A stretch of DNA of 64,000 nt, taken from positions 23,134-87,133 of the forward strand of contig JBHLON010000008.1 in the NCBI GenBank assembly GCA_048940445.1, read 5' to 3'. Under the pieces are notes generated by a model. It searched no databases. It saw only the letters and a program-made list of their open reading frames with translations, and was not told the DNA's origin. Source of the stretch: Promethearchaeota archaeon. GTDB taxonomy: Archaea; Asgardarchaeota; Lokiarchaeia; Sigyniarchaeales; SOKP01. Shown piece by piece: positions 21,148-30,165 of this stretch (its first letter is position 1; each line of letters begins with the position of its first letter). Position numbers and translations under genes: made by a program.

Positions 21148-22107
21148 TTAATCAATATTCCAATTCATTTCGATAGATATTTTTTTTAATGCATTTATCA
21201 GAGGTTTTATTAACTTCTTATCAAAAATATTTGGAGAGGCGATACCTTTTTGGGCTTTCCAACCCATTTGAACGCCATTTCCTATTTCTCTTTTACCAAA
21301 TTTAATGAAATTAGTTAAATCTCGAACCCACCAGTAGAATCTTAACCATTTCTTATTGGGGTTATCCTTAGAATAGATAATTACTATAGCTTTCCATTCA
21401 CCTACTAACCATTTTACTGTAATTCCACTTAACGGCATGTAATAATTAATTGGGAAATTACTGTGAAAAGATAAATCAAGATCGGAGGGGGAGATACTAA
21501 AAATTGGTTGATTATATCCTTCTAATATTACAATTTCTGAACAATGCTGACAAATATAATGGGATTTTTTTTTTTCCATTTTGTTCTGGCAATTTGGACA
21601 TGTTCGATTTTCAATGATTCGAGCTTTAATAATCTCTAACTTTCTTTCTTTTGCTAATACTTCTTCTGATTTTGGTTTAGATTTACCATATATTCCTTTC
21701 CAATTCCAAAAATCATCAAAAGATTCTTCAATTTTTTCCAAAACTTTTATAGTATTTTTTAGTACTGCATTATCGTAAATTTTGAATAGTCCTGCGTGTT
21801 GATAATTTTTCCACCATGATAATCTTACATATCTTTCTTTATAGGAGCTTTCACAGATTAAAACTGCCATAACATAATTGGTAGTTTTATTTACAATTAT
21901 TCCTTTTTCACAAATTTCATAAGTCTTATTTAAACTAAGATTTTTATGGAAATATTCCCCCTCCTGAAATTCACCTTCCTTAATAACATCTTTTTGCTCT
22001 TTTACAATTTTTTCTTCCGATTGTTTTAAGATTTTTCTACACTGCGGACATTGAAATATACCCGCAACTAATGATTCCATTTCTATATTACAAGAAGGAC
22101 ATTTCAA
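21148..22107 (-). CDS. Protein with duplicated Zn-ribbon + beta-sheet/helix module
   Basis: CPSC..CPQC and CPNC..CQHC, each followed by VRLSWW or LRFYWW segments. Confidence 0.75.
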   Translation of the reverse strand: MKCPSCNIEMESLVAGIFQCPQCRKILKQSEEKIVKEQKDVIKEGEFQEGEYFHKNLSLNKTYEICEKGIIVNKTTNYVMAVLICESSYKERYVRLSWWKNYQHAGLFKIYDNAVLKNTIKVLEKIEESFDDFWNWKGIYGKSKPKSEEVLAKERKLEIIKARIIENRTCPNCQNKMEKKKSHYICQHCSEIVILEGYNQPIFSISPSDLDLSFHSNFPINYYMPLSGITVKWLVGEWKAIVIIYSKDNPNKKWLRFYWWVRDLTNFIKFGKREIGNGVQMGWKAQKGIASPNIFDKKLIKPLINALKKISIEMNWNID

Positions 22108-22109
22108 AG

Positions 22110-23210
22110 TTATTCATCACTACCAACTATTATAGCTCTTTCATAATCCAAATTTAATAGCTTTACTTCTTTTTTAGAATATTTAGAAATTTTATTATTA
22201 ATTTTCACCAATTTTCCTCGGAGCTTTAATAGAGTATCTTGAATTTTATCGACAATTTTTTCCTCATTAAACGATACTTTTTCTATAAATGTAAGATAAC
22301 CGCACTTTTTATCCCTACCAGAATACAATCTCTTATTATCCAAAAGTTTCTTCTCAATGTTATTTAATTTTAAGCTTATATTGAGCAAATCAATTAATTT
22401 TGACTTCCACTGTAGAAAAATTTTGTTTTTTGTATTTATCTTTTCAAATTTAAATTTCTCAGGAAGTTCAATTTTATTTTCATTAAGGAAATTAAAAATG
22501 TCCTTATTTTCTTCTATTGCTTTATAGATCTTATTTAACACAGGTTTGGTATTTAAACTTGGTTCAAATATACTTATAAATTCATTAGTTTTACCTTTAA
22601 TTTCTTTGAATCTTTGAAAAAAACCCTCTATTGTAATCTCAATTTTTATAGTCTGATAAATATTGCCATACTGATCTAATATATAGTATAGATCATCAGA
22701 TAAAGTATAATCATGATCGCTAATTTCAAATATTAAAGAATGAATAATATTACTAGATTCACACCTTACCCCTTTTAATTTTGTGAGAGCTAAATTAAAA
22801 TTTCTTCTTGACAAAGATTTAAACTTTTTATTTATGATTAGAAAAAGTGTATCATCGGGTACAGAAATCACGTTATTATCCAATGTTACTGTTTCCATAC
22901 CTAATTTTATAATAAAATCATCTTTCTTTTGTTCAAATTCTTTTATACTCCGAATATTTTTGAATAATCCAAGATCGATTGCTGTCTCAGTAAATTCTCT
23001 TGGCCAAAATTTTATAATATTACTTTTATAAATATCATCTAATACTAAAACTCTCTCGTATGATTCTATAATACTTTGATCGCTTAAATCTTTAAATAAA
23101 TCATTCCTGATGATGTAGAGAAATAATATGATATATCTCATGTCTATATCGTCAAGGATTTTATCAATTAGATTCTTATCATAATCCATTGACAAATTTT
23201 TGTGTTCCAT
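22110..23210 (-). CDS. Hypothetical protein, possible winged helix + coiled coil
   Basis: 366-aa ORF, first gene of the operon; helical C-terminal half. Confidence 0.75.
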   Translation of the reverse strand: MEHKNLSMDYDKNLIDKILDDIDMRYIILFLYIIRNDLFKDLSDQSIIESYERVLVLDDIYKSNIIKFWPREFTETAIDLGLFKNIRSIKEFEQKKDDFIIKLGMETVTLDNNVISVPDDTLFLIINKKFKSLSRRNFNLALTKLKGVRCESSNIIHSLIFEISDHDYTLSDDLYYILDQYGNIYQTIKIEITIEGFFQRFKEIKGKTNEFISIFEPSLNTKPVLNKIYKAIEENKDIFNFLNENKIELPEKFKFEKINTKNKIFLQWKSKLIDLLNISLKLNNIEKKLLDNKRLYSGRDKKCGYLTFIEKVSFNEEKIVDKIQDTLLKLRGKLVKINNKISKYSKKEVKLLNLDYERAIIVGSDE

Positions 23211-23396
23211 ACCTAAAATCCACTAGTTTATAATTAAATCTATTTCGATTAAAAAGAGTGAGTAATGTAATTAAGCATTCCTAAAAAGTTTTACGATTTC
23301 CTCTTACTTGTTAATTAAAAAGCGAAAATTTTTTAGATTTGATTTCTAGATACTTTGTGAATTAGATTAAGAAAAATTAAATAAACTTGATTTTAA

Positions 23397-23978
23397 ATGG
23401 GAAGAAGAAAAAGAAAGCAACAGACATATAAAAGAGTTAAGAAAGTACCAAAAATATTTACTTGTCCTTCATGTGGAGAAAAGTCAGTTAAGGTAGAAGG
23501 GCTTAGAAAAGGATTAATAGCGACAGTTAAATGTGGGTATTGTGGTTTGACAAAAGAGGTATTAGTCAATTCGATCTCAGAACCTGTTGATGCCTTTGGT
23601 GACTTTATTGATATCTATTATGCTGATCAAGAAATGCAACGATTAGAAAGAAGAGTTGAAAAGTTGAAAGAAGATAATGAATGGGGTGAATTGGCTCTAT
23701 GTTACTCAATTTTGTCCGATTTAAGTAAAGTAAAAGCCGCAGAGTTATTAGAAGATGAGGAAAATGCAAATATAGATGAAATAAATAGTTGGAAGTTGAG
23801 AGCAGAAGAATTTAAGAGAAAAGAAAAAGATGCACTAAATCAATTGGATCTCCATGAGATGGAAAAAGGAATAAAGACTGATGAAGAATCCTTATTTTCT
23901 GAACATGACGAAAGTAGTATAAAAAAGGAAAAAAAAATTGAAGATATATTTGATGATCCTGGATTTCTGGAATTTTAA
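23397..23978 (+). CDS. elf1: Transcription elongation factor Elf1 with long C-terminal extension
   Basis: MGRRKRK, FTCPSCG..CGYCG, EPVDAFGDFID. Confidence 0.88.
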   Translation: MGRRKRKQQTYKRVKKVPKIFTCPSCGEKSVKVEGLRKGLIATVKCGYCGLTKEVLVNSISEPVDAFGDFIDIYYADQEMQRLERRVEKLKEDNEWGELALCYSILSDLSKVKAAELLEDEENANIDEINSWKLRAEEFKRKEKDALNQLDLHEMEKGIKTDEESLFSEHDESSIKKEKKIEDIFDDPGFLEF

Positions 23979-23996
23979 AACATAGATTATTAAAAA

Positions 23997-25706
23997 TTAT
24001 ACTTTCAAGATTTTTGATTTTATATTCTGAGGAATATATTTCCAAATAGGAAGTTTTAAAATAAACTCAAAAAATCTTTTTCTACTAAGCTTATTTCGTA
24101 AAATAAAATACCCCCAGTTATAAAAAGCTAACCTATTGAAAAGGTGCATTAGATTTACACCAAACGGATTATAACGTGAAGCTAAAAAGCTAGCAATGTA
24201 AGCACCAAATCTTTTTGTATGAGGCACTGCCTCTGGATAAATAGTTTCAGACAAGGGCCTATTGAATATTTCATATATTGAAAATATTGGTATTAGCTCA
24301 TCCAACATTTTTTTTACTTTTAGATTATAATCTTTCTCATCAATAGAACACTTGGAGAGTTGATTTAATTCATTTAGTGCATATATAAAATGATGATCTC
24401 TGAATGCTAACCACATTTCTGACATATCGTCTTTTAATTCATTTATCTTATTAAGTATATTTTCATCTTCGAAATCAAATTTGTATTTATTTTCGTAGTA
24501 TTTCAAACATAATAAGAAGATTGAATCAATTGGCTTGTTCTTTAAATTCATATTATGACTCTTTTCTTTAATACAAAATTTGATTTCTTCATTTGTTAAA
24601 AAATGTAAAGTGTGAGTATATAGAGGAGTTGTCCAGAGTAATTCTAACATTCTTTCCATGATATAAATATAAAGGTTACATTTCTCAATTTCAAAAATAT
24701 TTTTAGAATATTCAAGGAGAGATTTATTAAATCTTGTTGATCGATTGAAAAATAGTTTTAACTTTTTTTTCCGACTTAATTTGATCTTAAGTTTTCTTTT
24801 TTCAGCTTTATATGTTATGATTTTAGTTATTAATATTTTTTTAAATGAGAGAAGTTTTAAGGTATAAGCATAAAAGTTGATGTCATATTTCTCTTTCACG
24901 TTATGATTAGAAATTAAAGGTACATTTAGAATCCTTTTGGGAGGATCTAATTCAATGCTCATTGAATGATCTCCAATAGAATAGGAAAAGTAAGTATTTT
25001 GAAGAACGTGATTCAAAGATTTAAAATTTCCGAGATTCTTTGGTTCTTTAGTGAAATATCCATGTAAAAGAGTATCAATGCCTTTATAGATACTATTATT
25101 ATATTCAGAGATAATAATTGACTCAAACTCCCCAGGATGATGCCTTTTAATATTATATCGATTTGCTACTAAAAAGATTGCTTGATTTGCCCTATGACAT
25201 ACAGTATGGCTCCATTTCAATATTGGTTCTAATATCTTACCGTAAGTTAATATATATCCGTAAAATTCTGGGCCAAAATATATTGGAAATCCAAATCCAC
25301 GGGATGTGGCAAATATAAACTGAAAAAGATGCCTTACTTTTTCATTTTTTAAAAATCCTGGAAATTTATAATGTAAAGTAAGCATAGGATATAATGCATT
25401 AATACCCAAAGTCATCCAAGCTTCGAATAAAGTGATACTGTCGGGAAATATAGATGAATCTTTTCTGTCTATTAAATTATTACTTAACTTACTTAAAGTG
25501 AATAGTCTCCAATTTGACTTAAATTTCAATATTTCTTTATTATCATTTAGAAGTAGTCGTTTATTTTGATTTGTGGACTGCATTTTTTTAAAGTAATATC
25601 GATTCATCACTCTTATTAATGATGGTATCTCTAAAATCTGCCTTTTAAGATCATTGATAACTTTAACAGATGATTCTTCAGTAATTTCGTTATAGACTTG
25701 TTCCAA
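23997..25706 (-). CDS. Hypothetical protein
   Basis: 569-aa ORF; no motif recognised. Confidence 0.75.
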   Translation of the reverse strand: MEQVYNEITEESSVKVINDLKRQILEIPSLIRVMNRYYFKKMQSTNQNKRLLLNDNKEILKFKSNWRLFTLSKLSNNLIDRKDSSIFPDSITLFEAWMTLGINALYPMLTLHYKFPGFLKNEKVRHLFQFIFATSRGFGFPIYFGPEFYGYILTYGKILEPILKWSHTVCHRANQAIFLVANRYNIKRHHPGEFESIIISEYNNSIYKGIDTLLHGYFTKEPKNLGNFKSLNHVLQNTYFSYSIGDHSMSIELDPPKRILNVPLISNHNVKEKYDINFYAYTLKLLSFKKILITKIITYKAEKRKLKIKLSRKKKLKLFFNRSTRFNKSLLEYSKNIFEIEKCNLYIYIMERMLELLWTTPLYTHTLHFLTNEEIKFCIKEKSHNMNLKNKPIDSIFLLCLKYYENKYKFDFEDENILNKINELKDDMSEMWLAFRDHHFIYALNELNQLSKCSIDEKDYNLKVKKMLDELIPIFSIYEIFNRPLSETIYPEAVPHTKRFGAYIASFLASRYNPFGVNLMHLFNRLAFYNWGYFILRNKLSRKRFFEFILKLPIWKYIPQNIKSKILKV

Positions 25707-25842
25707 TTAACTTAACCATTGTTTAATTTTATCTTTTTTTAATCTAAAATATAATTGTTCGATTAAAATTTTAATTAAAATTTGAATAAAGATGTATGAA
25801 TAACCCAAATATAAAAAGATAGTGTATTTAATAGATGCAAAA

Positions 25843-26307
25843 CTAACTTTGAGTTTTACGTTTATCAAATAGTTGTTTAAGTTCACTCATTATGGCACCT
25901 CTCAAACTTATGGGACTAGCTGGGCGGGGTTGTCCCGGAGCTCCTGGTGGGCCCCCAGGCGGTGGAGGTGGGCCTCCAGGGGGTGGGCGTGGACCTGCAC
26001 CTGGAGATGTGGTAGGGGGTCCTCCAGGGGGAGGTGGGGCACTGCTAGGGGCTTTTGGGGCAGATACAATTGGTGAGACTCCCCCTCCTGTAGATCTAAC
26101 AGTTGCTAGATCATTATTTAAAGTGTTAACTCGTGTTTCCAAGGTTGATATTTTTTGATTTATTGATGATAACGATTGATCTAATAAATCAGGAATTCTA
26201 AGAAGCATGGACATCATTCTTTCAACAATATCTCCGAAAGCATTCAACTTTTCTTCGAGAGGCGCCTTTCTAGTTTCTTGCATGAAATTTGCGAATTCTT
26301 CTGCCAT
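25843..26307 (-). CDS. Coiled-coil / polyproline / C-terminal amphipathic helix protein
   Basis: LSSINQKISTLETRVNTLNNDL; APPPPGGPP, GGPPPPPGGPP; LRGAIMSELKQLFDKRK. Confidence 0.85.
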   Translation of the reverse strand: MAEEFANFMQETRKAPLEEKLNAFGDIVERMMSMLLRIPDLLDQSLSSINQKISTLETRVNTLNNDLATVRSTGGGVSPIVSAPKAPSSAPPPPGGPPTTSPGAGPRPPPGGPPPPPGGPPGAPGQPRPASPISLRGAIMSELKQLFDKRKTQS

Positions 26308-26448
26308 TTTTTATCTCAATTTTTATTTTTAAAGAATTATCCAATATTTTTACTAATAATTATATATCTGAATTATTTAATAAATTTAAGTTCGTAAGAG
26401 TTAAAACTATTTCAAGTAAGGTTATAAAAAATTTTAAAAAAAATTAAA

Positions 26449-27072
26449 TTAACTTGATTTAGAGATCGAATTTTTCAAGATCAGCCATAATTCGTCGAGT
26501 TCTTTTCTAACCTCTAAAAATTGATGAATTTTTTTCAATAATACATCTCTAGCTATATCAAAATCTCGTTGATAATCTTCGAATTCAGCATCTAGAATTT
26601 TAAGTTTTTCACCCTCAATCAACTTGTTTTTCATCTTTTCTACATTTAAAGCCTTCTTAATTACTGCACTTCTTTTACTGGCAAGTTCATTAAGAGCATC
26701 TGCAAATTCATTTTTTTTTTCAATGAAATATTCCTTCTTTAAGGCAAGATTCTTAATTGCATCTATATATTTATTATTAGTATCAATATATTCATCATTT
26801 TTATGAATAATATCTTGATATAATCTTATCTCTTCTTCTTGTATATTTGATTTTTTTTCTCTGACTAAAGTTTGCATCTGTTTGATTACATCTCTAAAAG
26901 TTCTATTTAACATTTCTCTGGCGAGGTTTGCTTTAGTAAGATTTTCTGCGTACTTTTTTTGAGAGTTAATGAGATCGCTTTGGGCTTTAGCTAATTTTTT
27001 TATCTGATTAACTAACTCCTTTTCTGTTCTTGCTAATTCAAGTTCATCCTCATGTGTGATAATAGGACTCAT
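26449..27072 (-). CDS. All-helical coiled-coil protein, BAR-domain-like
   Basis: About 200 aa with three long amphipathic helices; BAR-like helix 3 pattern (inference). Confidence 0.6.
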   Translation of the reverse strand: MSPIITHEDELELARTEKELVNQIKKLAKAQSDLINSQKKYAENLTKANLAREMLNRTFRDVIKQMQTLVREKKSNIQEEEIRLYQDIIHKNDEYIDTNNKYIDAIKNLALKKEYFIEKKNEFADALNELASKRSAVIKKALNVEKMKNKLIEGEKLKILDAEFEDYQRDFDIARDVLLKKIHQFLEVRKELDELWLILKNSISKSS

Positions 27073-27171
27073 TTTAATCAGCTTCTATTAAAAATTAATT
27101 ATATTTATTTAGTGTATGTTTATTATGCTAATACATAATTATATATTTTAGTTTTTTAAATTTAATTATAA

Positions 27172-28221
27172 TCATGCAGGAAATAAAGCTGTTAATATAT
27201 TATCTTTAAAGTTTATCTTTATTATTTCTGCTTTAATTTTTTTATTTAACATTTCTTCGGAAAATACGAAAGGTTTTTTCAATAGAACTTTTATTCCATA
27301 ATTATCATCAAATTTTCCAATACATTCATAATCCCAACGTCCTCTGGACACTATCTCTAATTCAATTAAGTCATGTTTTTTTAAATTAATGCTTGAAATA
27401 GGCGAGGTCTTATGAATTCCAAAATCATTTGGTCCAAGTTTTAATTTGATATTATACTTCTTTTCTAGAGATGTTAACTGGTTATAGAAATAATCCCATG
27501 ATTTTGGTCGAATTTTTTTTAATTTCCTTCCTGTTTTATATATGAGGTATTTCTGAATGCCGATTTGGACTTTTTGATTAGAATAACCTTTATTTCGTAA
27601 TTGAATAACAAATTTTATTATTTCTTCAATATCTTTGTCATTTTGATTTGGAAACCATACAGGGGCAATTAAAATATCGATATTTGTATCCAGTAGCAAA
27701 TTAATATTTTTAATAAGTCCTTGAAGATTGTATTGCTTGCAATCACATAAATAATTTGCTTTTCTTTCATCTAAAGTATTTAAACTGATATTTATACGTG
27801 TAAGATTTAATTCATTTAGCACTTTAATAGTCTCTTTCGATAATAATAAGCCATTACTTTGCATCGATATAATTTTTATACCTTGAACTTCCCAAAGTTG
27901 ACGTATCAAACTATATAGTTCGGGATATAATAAAATTTCACCATAAGGTGCTATATGAATTTCAATATCTGAACATGTTTTTATATCAACAGCTTTTTTT
28001 ACTTCAGCAATTAAATAATCTGCACTCACTAAAAAATTGGTATTATAATTACCTGCATTTACAAAACAATATTTACATTTCAAATTACACAAAGTCAGGG
28101 GCTTTATTTCAAGCACATTTGTACCACGATCTATTATTCCAATAAAGTCAACTCCCATTAGAGGGATGTTTGATTTTTTATCTATATATAAATTAGTATT
28201 AGTCATTAGTCTTGAAGTCAT
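27172..28221 (-). CDS. Radical SAM protein (archaeal COG2100-like)
   Basis: GIIDRGTN, CNLKCKYC, GEILLY, MQSNG. Confidence 0.87.
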   Translation of the reverse strand: MTSRLMTNTNLYIDKKSNIPLMGVDFIGIIDRGTNVLEIKPLTLCNLKCKYCFVNAGNYNTNFLVSADYLIAEVKKAVDIKTCSDIEIHIAPYGEILLYPELYSLIRQLWEVQGIKIISMQSNGLLLSKETIKVLNELNLTRINISLNTLDERKANYLCDCKQYNLQGLIKNINLLLDTNIDILIAPVWFPNQNDKDIEEIIKFVIQLRNKGYSNQKVQIGIQKYLIYKTGRKLKKIRPKSWDYFYNQLTSLEKKYNIKLKLGPNDFGIHKTSPISSINLKKHDLIELEIVSRGRWDYECIGKFDDNYGIKVLLKKPFVFSEEMLNKKIKAEIIKINFKDNILTALFPA

Positions 28222-28234
28222 TTACCTAATTTAT

Positions 28235-29308
28235 TTAAGGTTTATATCTCAAAATGGCTACAATATCTCCTAAATCAATTATCTGCTGACCAGTGGGTTG
28301 TTCACTACTTAAGATGTGATATTTTCCTCCAGAATTTTCAATATCTGTCAAAACTTCTTCAATTTCAAGCTTTTTTTCTTTTGAGGTCCCTCTTATTAAA
28401 ACATCTGCAATAAACAATTCTTCAATTACTCCATTCTTCGATAAATTAGCGATTTCTTTCATTCCAATAGCGATTTTATCTGGATCAGTTGCTAAAATAG
28501 TAAGAATGTCCTCAATCTTTTCTGTTTCTTGTATCACTTTTACTTTTTCTTTCAAATCTTTTAACTGGGGAGATTTTAATATCTCAAATATCGCACTCTC
28601 GGTACCAGAACTAGCATGAATTGTAGTGATTTTTGAAAGATAATCTGGTTGTTTCTTTTCTTTAATATAATTTAAAAATTTATCTTTTATATTTCCAGGA
28701 CCACATAAAACAATTAAATTAATATTTATATTTTTTATATTCTCATCTAATAATTCATAGATATCATTAAAAAATTCTTCATAAGCTTTGTTACGATGGA
28801 TTTGTTCATACCTTTTTCCAGGAATTGTTTTTTTAATCGTAGCTATTTTTGTATGACTGAAGTTAGTAATCAGTACAGAATTCGCTAAACCAGTTTCGAT
28901 AGCTATTATAAGTATAACAAAATTTGTTTCAAATTTTGAAGATTCTTTTAACCTTCTTATCTCGCTTTTTAACCAAGTGTCCTTTACAATATTTATGGTA
29001 TTACCCACTTCAACATTGAAAGTATGATAGGCTCCAAATCTCACAAAATCTTCGGGTCCTTCATTGATTGTACCTTTAATCCTTAATCTATTTGAAAATT
29101 CATGGAATGAAATAGATTCTACCTTTAATTTTATCCACATATTTTTTCTTTCTCCTTTAGTACCTTCCCTTAATACAACTCTCCTAGAAGTACGCATAGA
29201 AACATAATCATCCTTAGAAATAAGATTATAAAGTGTCCATAAATCATTTAATGTTTCAGTTTTAACAACGACTTCTTGATTTTTTTTATCTATTTCAAGA
29301 ACCTTCAA
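28235..29308 (-). CDS. pelA: Pelota/Dom34 ribosome rescue factor
   Basis: ETLNDLWTLYNLI, RLRIKG, GAYHT, IPGKR, GPG, LGDIVAILRY. Confidence 0.95.
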   Translation of the reverse strand: MKVLEIDKKNQEVVVKTETLNDLWTLYNLISKDDYVSMRTSRRVVLREGTKGERKNMWIKLKVESISFHEFSNRLRIKGTINEGPEDFVRFGAYHTFNVEVGNTINIVKDTWLKSEIRRLKESSKFETNFVILIIAIETGLANSVLITNFSHTKIATIKKTIPGKRYEQIHRNKAYEEFFNDIYELLDENIKNININLIVLCGPGNIKDKFLNYIKEKKQPDYLSKITTIHASSGTESAIFEILKSPQLKDLKEKVKVIQETEKIEDILTILATDPDKIAIGMKEIANLSKNGVIEELFIADVLIRGTSKEKKLEIEEVLTDIENSGGKYHILSSEQPTGQQIIDLGDIVAILRYKP

Positions 29309-29439
29309 ATATTAAGTCATCTTTCCTAAATTGAGTATTCCTAATTTAAATAAAGAATAAATATTTGAAAAGCTTACTTTTTTAAAGCTTATTTTAAACA
29401 ATAAATAAAAAAAGGAAAATGAATCATAAATAAAGTGAA

Positions 29440-29592
29440 TTATTCTTTTTCTCCTAAGGCTTTTTTTATTTTTTCAAGTTCTTCCATTCTTTTCTTCTTT
29501 TCTTCTTCCCTCTTTCTCAGTTCATCCACACTAACCTTTTGAAGAGTGACTCCTTTCTTAATCTCATCTTGCAACTCTTTATCAATTGGCAT
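29440..29592 (-). CDS. 50-aa protein with WH2-like motif + charged helix
   Basis: Not in the ORF track. MPIDKELQDEIKKGVTLQKVSVDELRKREEEKKKRMEELEKIKKALGEKE*; AAGGAG SD about 10 nt upstream. Confidence 0.75.
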   Translation of the reverse strand: MPIDKELQDEIKKGVTLQKVSVDELRKREEEKKKRMEELEKIKKALGEKE

Positions 29593-29717
29593 TTTTCCAC
29601 AACTCCTTTTGAATTGATAATTTCTGAGAAGAAATTATAATCTTAAATTTACAGATATTATAACAATTTTTATTTATAAGTTTTAGTTTATAGAAAAATA
29701 TTAAAATTGAAAGAAAA

Positions 29718-30164
29718 TTAAAGAATCAATTCCATCAAATAAGCATTTTCATGATTACTATAATAATTCTCAATTTCTTGCACTATCTGGAATTCAAAGT
29801 TTTGATAAAGTCTTATTGCGATCTTATTATTTGTTTTTACATTTAAAATAACTTTATGGATATCTTGGTTCTTTTTTATCAATTCTAAGGTTGTTTGTAA
29901 TAAGTAAGAGCCATAACCCATACTTTGATACTCTTGTTTTATTGAAAGATTTATTATATTAATAGTGTGTCTATTATCATGGATTGCGATTATATATCCT
30001 ATTGTTTTAGATACTTTTTGGTTTTCTACCAACTTTAAGAATAAAGAATTACTTAGAATCAATTTTGTGATTGTTTGTTTTGAGAAAGATTCTGATTTGA
30101 AAACACTTTTCTCAATTTTCATAATTGTTTTTAGATCTTCTAAATTAACTCTCATTATTTGCAT
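29718..30164 (-). CDS. rimI: RimI/Ard1-like N-acetyltransferase (GNAT)
   Basis: YQSMGYGSYLL, LNVKTNNKIAIRLY, YYSNHENAYLM. Confidence 0.85.
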   Translation of the reverse strand: MQIMRVNLEDLKTIMKIEKSVFKSESFSKQTITKLILSNSLFLKLVENQKVSKTIGYIIAIHDNRHTINIINLSIKQEYQSMGYGSYLLQTTLELIKKNQDIHKVILNVKTNNKIAIRLYQNFEFQIVQEIENYYSNHENAYLMELIL

Positions 30165-30165
30165 T

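Noticed and set aside
25873-26158. Plus-strand Gly/Trp-rich ORFs
   Set aside because: Antisense shadows of the polyproline gene.
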